Shown here: one piece after another, positions 61,211 to 64,000 of the stretch | Layout: the number at the start of each line of letters is the position of its first letter | Position numbering within the stretch: position 1 is the stretch's first letter | Assembly: GCA_965279035.1 (NCBI GenBank) | Contig: OZ257142.1 | Location: 1,088,001-1,152,000 of the forward strand | Reading direction: 5' to 3' | Origin: Bacteroidia bacterium | GTDB taxonomy: Bacteria > Bacteroidota > Bacteroidia > M30B66 | DNA: 64,000 bases | Translations under genes and position numbers: made by a program | Notes under the pieces: model-generated | What the model was told of the DNA's origin: nothing | Database searches by the model: none | The model's input: only the letters and a program-made list of their open reading frames with translations

Positions 61211-61368
61211 GTGCGATGGCTATGTCTGGGCGGCGAGGGTGTGTTTCGACTTTGATTAGAAAAATGATTGTCCGAGCAGAATAGTCGAAAAAAGGCATTG
61301 TGTGTAAGCAGCATCGTCCAGACTTGACCTTCTTTGATTACTTTCTTGTGTCAAGACAAGAAAGTAAT
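61211..61368. other. Structured intergenic element (MITE-like or ncRNA)
   Basis: Nested pairings GTCTGGGCG/CGTCCAGAC and TTTCGACT/AGTCGAAA, plus a perfect 13-bp hairpin at 61337-61368. Confidence 0.55.
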
Positions 61369-61473
61369 ACGTCGTAGACAAACATGATTGATTAATTGAT
61401 AAGATACTACCTCAACCTTAATTGATTAATGTGAGAAATTCAAATTCATTATTCAACTTCTTATCAGGTTTAG

Positions 61474-61884
61474 TTAAGCTTTATTTATCACCAACGTTTT
61501 GGTTATTTGGTCATGTAAACCTTGTCTTTTCAAGGTAAACAAAGCCATCACACATCCAAATCCTGCAGTGAAAAACGAAAACAAGCGTGCGAAATACCGG
61601 AAGAAAGCTTGAGGAACAGATAGTTGTTTGTTTTCGATTGTAACAATTTTGATTTTCAAGATCAACTTTCCTACTGTAGCGCCCAAACGACTGCTTTCCA
61701 TGAGTATTGAATACACACCATACACTTGGAAGAAAAATAAGGTGTTGATTTTGCGAAAAGTTTCATCACCAGCAAATTCACCAGTAATTATCCAGGAAAT
61801 AAATCCTGTTATCATACTAACAAGAATCCAATCGATAAAAGTGGCAATAACTCGTTTCCAAAAGGCTGCGTATTGTTCTACCAT
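61474..61884 (-). CDS. RDD-family membrane protein
   Basis: YAAFWKRVIATFID, GATVGK and QGLHD motifs. Confidence 0.9.
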   Translation of the reverse strand: MVEQYAAFWKRVIATFIDWILVSMITGFISWIITGEFAGDETFRKINTLFFFQVYGVYSILMESSRLGATVGKLILKIKIVTIENKQLSVPQAFFRYFARLFSFFTAGFGCVMALFTLKRQGLHDQITKTLVINKA

Positions 61885-61981
61885 AGCGTGTGTTCGGCTA
61901 CAAATTAATGACAATTCGAACGGTTCTTTTCTATCTTTTTAAATATTCGAATCGAATCCTATCTTCACGAAAAAAATAACC

Positions 61982-63019
61982 ATGAAAAAATTGCTGCCAA
62001 TCGTACTGTTTGCACTTTTTCTAAGTGCTTGCAAATCGACGGTGTCATATACAGGACTTCGACCTGCCGATGTGAATCTACCATCAGATATTAAATCGGT
62101 TGTATTAGTGAATCGCTACAAAGCCGATAAAAAGAACTCTTGGATTAATATCGTAGAAGGAATCTTTACGGGCGAAGTCATTTTTGCTGATAAGCGTGGT
62201 GTAGAGCAGGCATTGTCGGGTTTGCAACAACGACTTCAAAGTGGACCTAAATACACAGTTTCTATTGCAAGTGATCAATTAACTGGAACCGGAACGGGAG
62301 TTTTGCCTCCACCATTGAGTCAATCTGATATTCAAGCTTTGTGTTCACAATACAATGCTGACGCGGTTATAACATTAGAAGCATTCGATTCGGACATTGC
62401 TGTTTCTCATCAGCAGAAGATTAATAAACGCACCGAAAATGGGAATGTGATAGAAGATATTTATTTCGAAGCCTATGAAAATGTTCGAATCTCTATGTCG
62501 TGGCGCTTATATTTAAAAAGTTCAGGAACCATATTCGATCAATTTCAGATGACCACCAACCGTTCGTTTGCTAGTACTGGAAAAACACCTGAACTAGCAC
62601 GTGCAGCCTTGTTGTTTCCGGTTGATGCAATAATGCAAACTGGATTTCAAGGAGGTGATTCTTATGGAATTCGAATAGCTCCATCTTGGGTAAGTTATAC
62701 GCGAGAAATATATACCCGAGCAGCTCATCGAGCTGGAATGAAAACAGCAAAGCGCATGGCTTATCGCACCGAATGGGCTGATGCAGCCGTAATTTGGGAG
62801 AAGCTAAGTCAATCTACGAATCGAAAAGTAGCAAAGCGTGCAACATATAATCGCGCTGTTGCTGCAGAAATGATGGGCAATTTTGATGAAGCACTTGTTT
62901 GGGCTCGTAAAGCAGCTAACCAATATGGACTTCGCTCTGCTGATAATTACATCTATCAGCTCAACAGCCGATTGAATGAATTAAAGCGTCTCGATCAACA
63001 AATGAATCCGAATCCCTGA
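61982..63019 (+). CDS. Lipoprotein with a C-terminal TPR-like region (DUF6340-like)
   Basis: Lipobox LSAC; RPA; YNRAVAAE...ALVWA TPR-like helices. Confidence 0.75.
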   Translation: MKKLLPIVLFALFLSACKSTVSYTGLRPADVNLPSDIKSVVLVNRYKADKKNSWINIVEGIFTGEVIFADKRGVEQALSGLQQRLQSGPKYTVSIASDQLTGTGTGVLPPPLSQSDIQALCSQYNADAVITLEAFDSDIAVSHQQKINKRTENGNVIEDIYFEAYENVRISMSWRLYLKSSGTIFDQFQMTTNRSFASTGKTPELARAALLFPVDAIMQTGFQGGDSYGIRIAPSWVSYTREIYTRAAHRAGMKTAKRMAYRTEWADAAVIWEKLSQSTNRKVAKRATYNRAVAAEMMGNFDEALVWARKAANQYGLRSADNYIYQLNSRLNELKRLDQQMNPNP

Positions 63020-63041
63020 AAAATTTATGAATTAATGCAAA

Positions 63042-64000
63042 TCAGATCCCTATTGGATGCCAGGTCGTTTTCACTTCCAGATAATCCATAATTCGGTATG
63101 GTGATTCCTGCTTGGCATCCGACCAGTTTGGCTCTGCATCGATACGAACTCGTTTTACATTCAAAGCAGCATTCGTTTCGGCCGATTTTTTCTGAGCTTC
63201 ATCCGAAGTGCAGATGTACAAGGCATTCACATCCATGTGTGTGGAAAAGTGCGAAAGCAACTCCTTCGTTTCCCCAGTAAGTATGTTGACTACTCCACCA
63301 GGAACATCCGACGAATTAAGCACTTCAGCAAATGTAACAGCACACAATGGAAGATCACGAGATGCTAAAACAACACAGGTATTTCCACCAGCAATTACAG
63401 GTGCAATAACCGAAATCAAACCAAGCAATCCGCTTTTCTGAGGAGCAATCATGGCAACCACACCCATTGCTTCGGTAGACGAAAAGTTAAAGTGTGAACT
63501 ACTCACAGGATTGACTGTACTGAAAATCGCGTTGTATTTATCACACCATCCGGCATAATAGATCAGACGATCAACCGATAATTCTACTTCTGCTTTTGCT
63601 GCTGCTTTTGTGCTTCCCTGTTGGATTAATTCTTCAACAAATTGAGCTGTTCGTGTTTCTAACATTTCTGCAATGCGATACAGAATCTGACTGCGATTTA
63701 ATGCCGCTCTTCCTGCCCAACTTTCTTGTGCTTCGCGTGCTTTCACAACGGCATTTCTAAAATCTTTACGAGAAGAAAGACAAATATTGACAACCTCTCC
63801 GTCGTTCAAGGTCAAAGGATAATAACGCCCGGATTCTGTTCTAGGAAATTGTCCGCCTATATAAATCTTATAGGTTTTCAATACCTTGATTCGGTTGCTT
63901 GTTGTAGAAATGGATTCAGCTTTACCATTGGCACTCACGGCAGTTTTAGATTCTGCTGGAATTGCTTTGCTTACTTTATCCGGTTTAGCTGTTGCTTTAG
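63042..64000 (-). CDS. Short aldehyde-dehydrogenase-like protein (NAD-binding half); frame remains open past the window edge
   Basis: KTYKIYIGGQFPRTESGR, YYAGWCDK, PGGVVNILTG, HMDVN and KTTWHP motifs; no stop between 63938 and 64000. Confidence 0.85.
   Translation of the reverse strand, partial: KATAKPDKVSKAIPAESKTAVSANGKAESISTTSNRIKVLKTYKIYIGGQFPRTESGRYYPLTLNDGEVVNICLSSRKDFRNAVVKAREAQESWAGRAALNRSQILYRIAEMLETRTAQFVEELIQQGSTKAAAKAEVELSVDRLIYYAGWCDKYNAIFSTVNPVSSSHFNFSSTEAMGVVAMIAPQKSGLLGLISVIAPVIAGGNTCVVLASRDLPLCAVTFAEVLNSSDVPGGVVNILTGETKELLSHFSTHMDVNALYICTSDEAQKKSAETNAALNVKRVRIDAEPNWSDAKQESPYRIMDYLEVKTTWHPIGI

Overview
Chromosomal segment of a Bacteroidota bacterium, judged from T9SS C-terminal sorting domains, TAnnTTTG promoters and the relA-fur-purA and remB-cyoE-cox gene orders. 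Core genes: partial rfbD, pruA, DPP III, OstA-like, ilvE, purA, fur, relA/spoT, ppk1, sixA, dacB, aroC, AsmA-like, PorE-like OmpA protein, WD40 protein, htpG, a cytochrome oxidase accessory cluster, WecA-like, epimerase, GT-C-like membrane protein, metallophosphoesterase, rhomboid, ABC-F, RDD, a lipoprotein and an ALDH-like gene. Two accessory regions (about 0.56-3.9 kb and 29.2-43.8 kb) carry T9SS cargo genes, two apparently identical IS3 copies, a tandem IS4 pair and many non-coding repeats. Most striking: both regions are bracketed by inverted heptamer-repeat arrays, and all IS insertions landed in or between such arrays. A conserved 100-140 bp element starts right after the stop codons of three unrelated genes. 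An XRE-coiled-coil gene sits behind a phased TGAAACA array. A frameshift-split giant T9SS gene has an AT-rich C-terminal half. No CRISPR array, tRNA or rRNA was seen. All calls are by eye; no searches were run.
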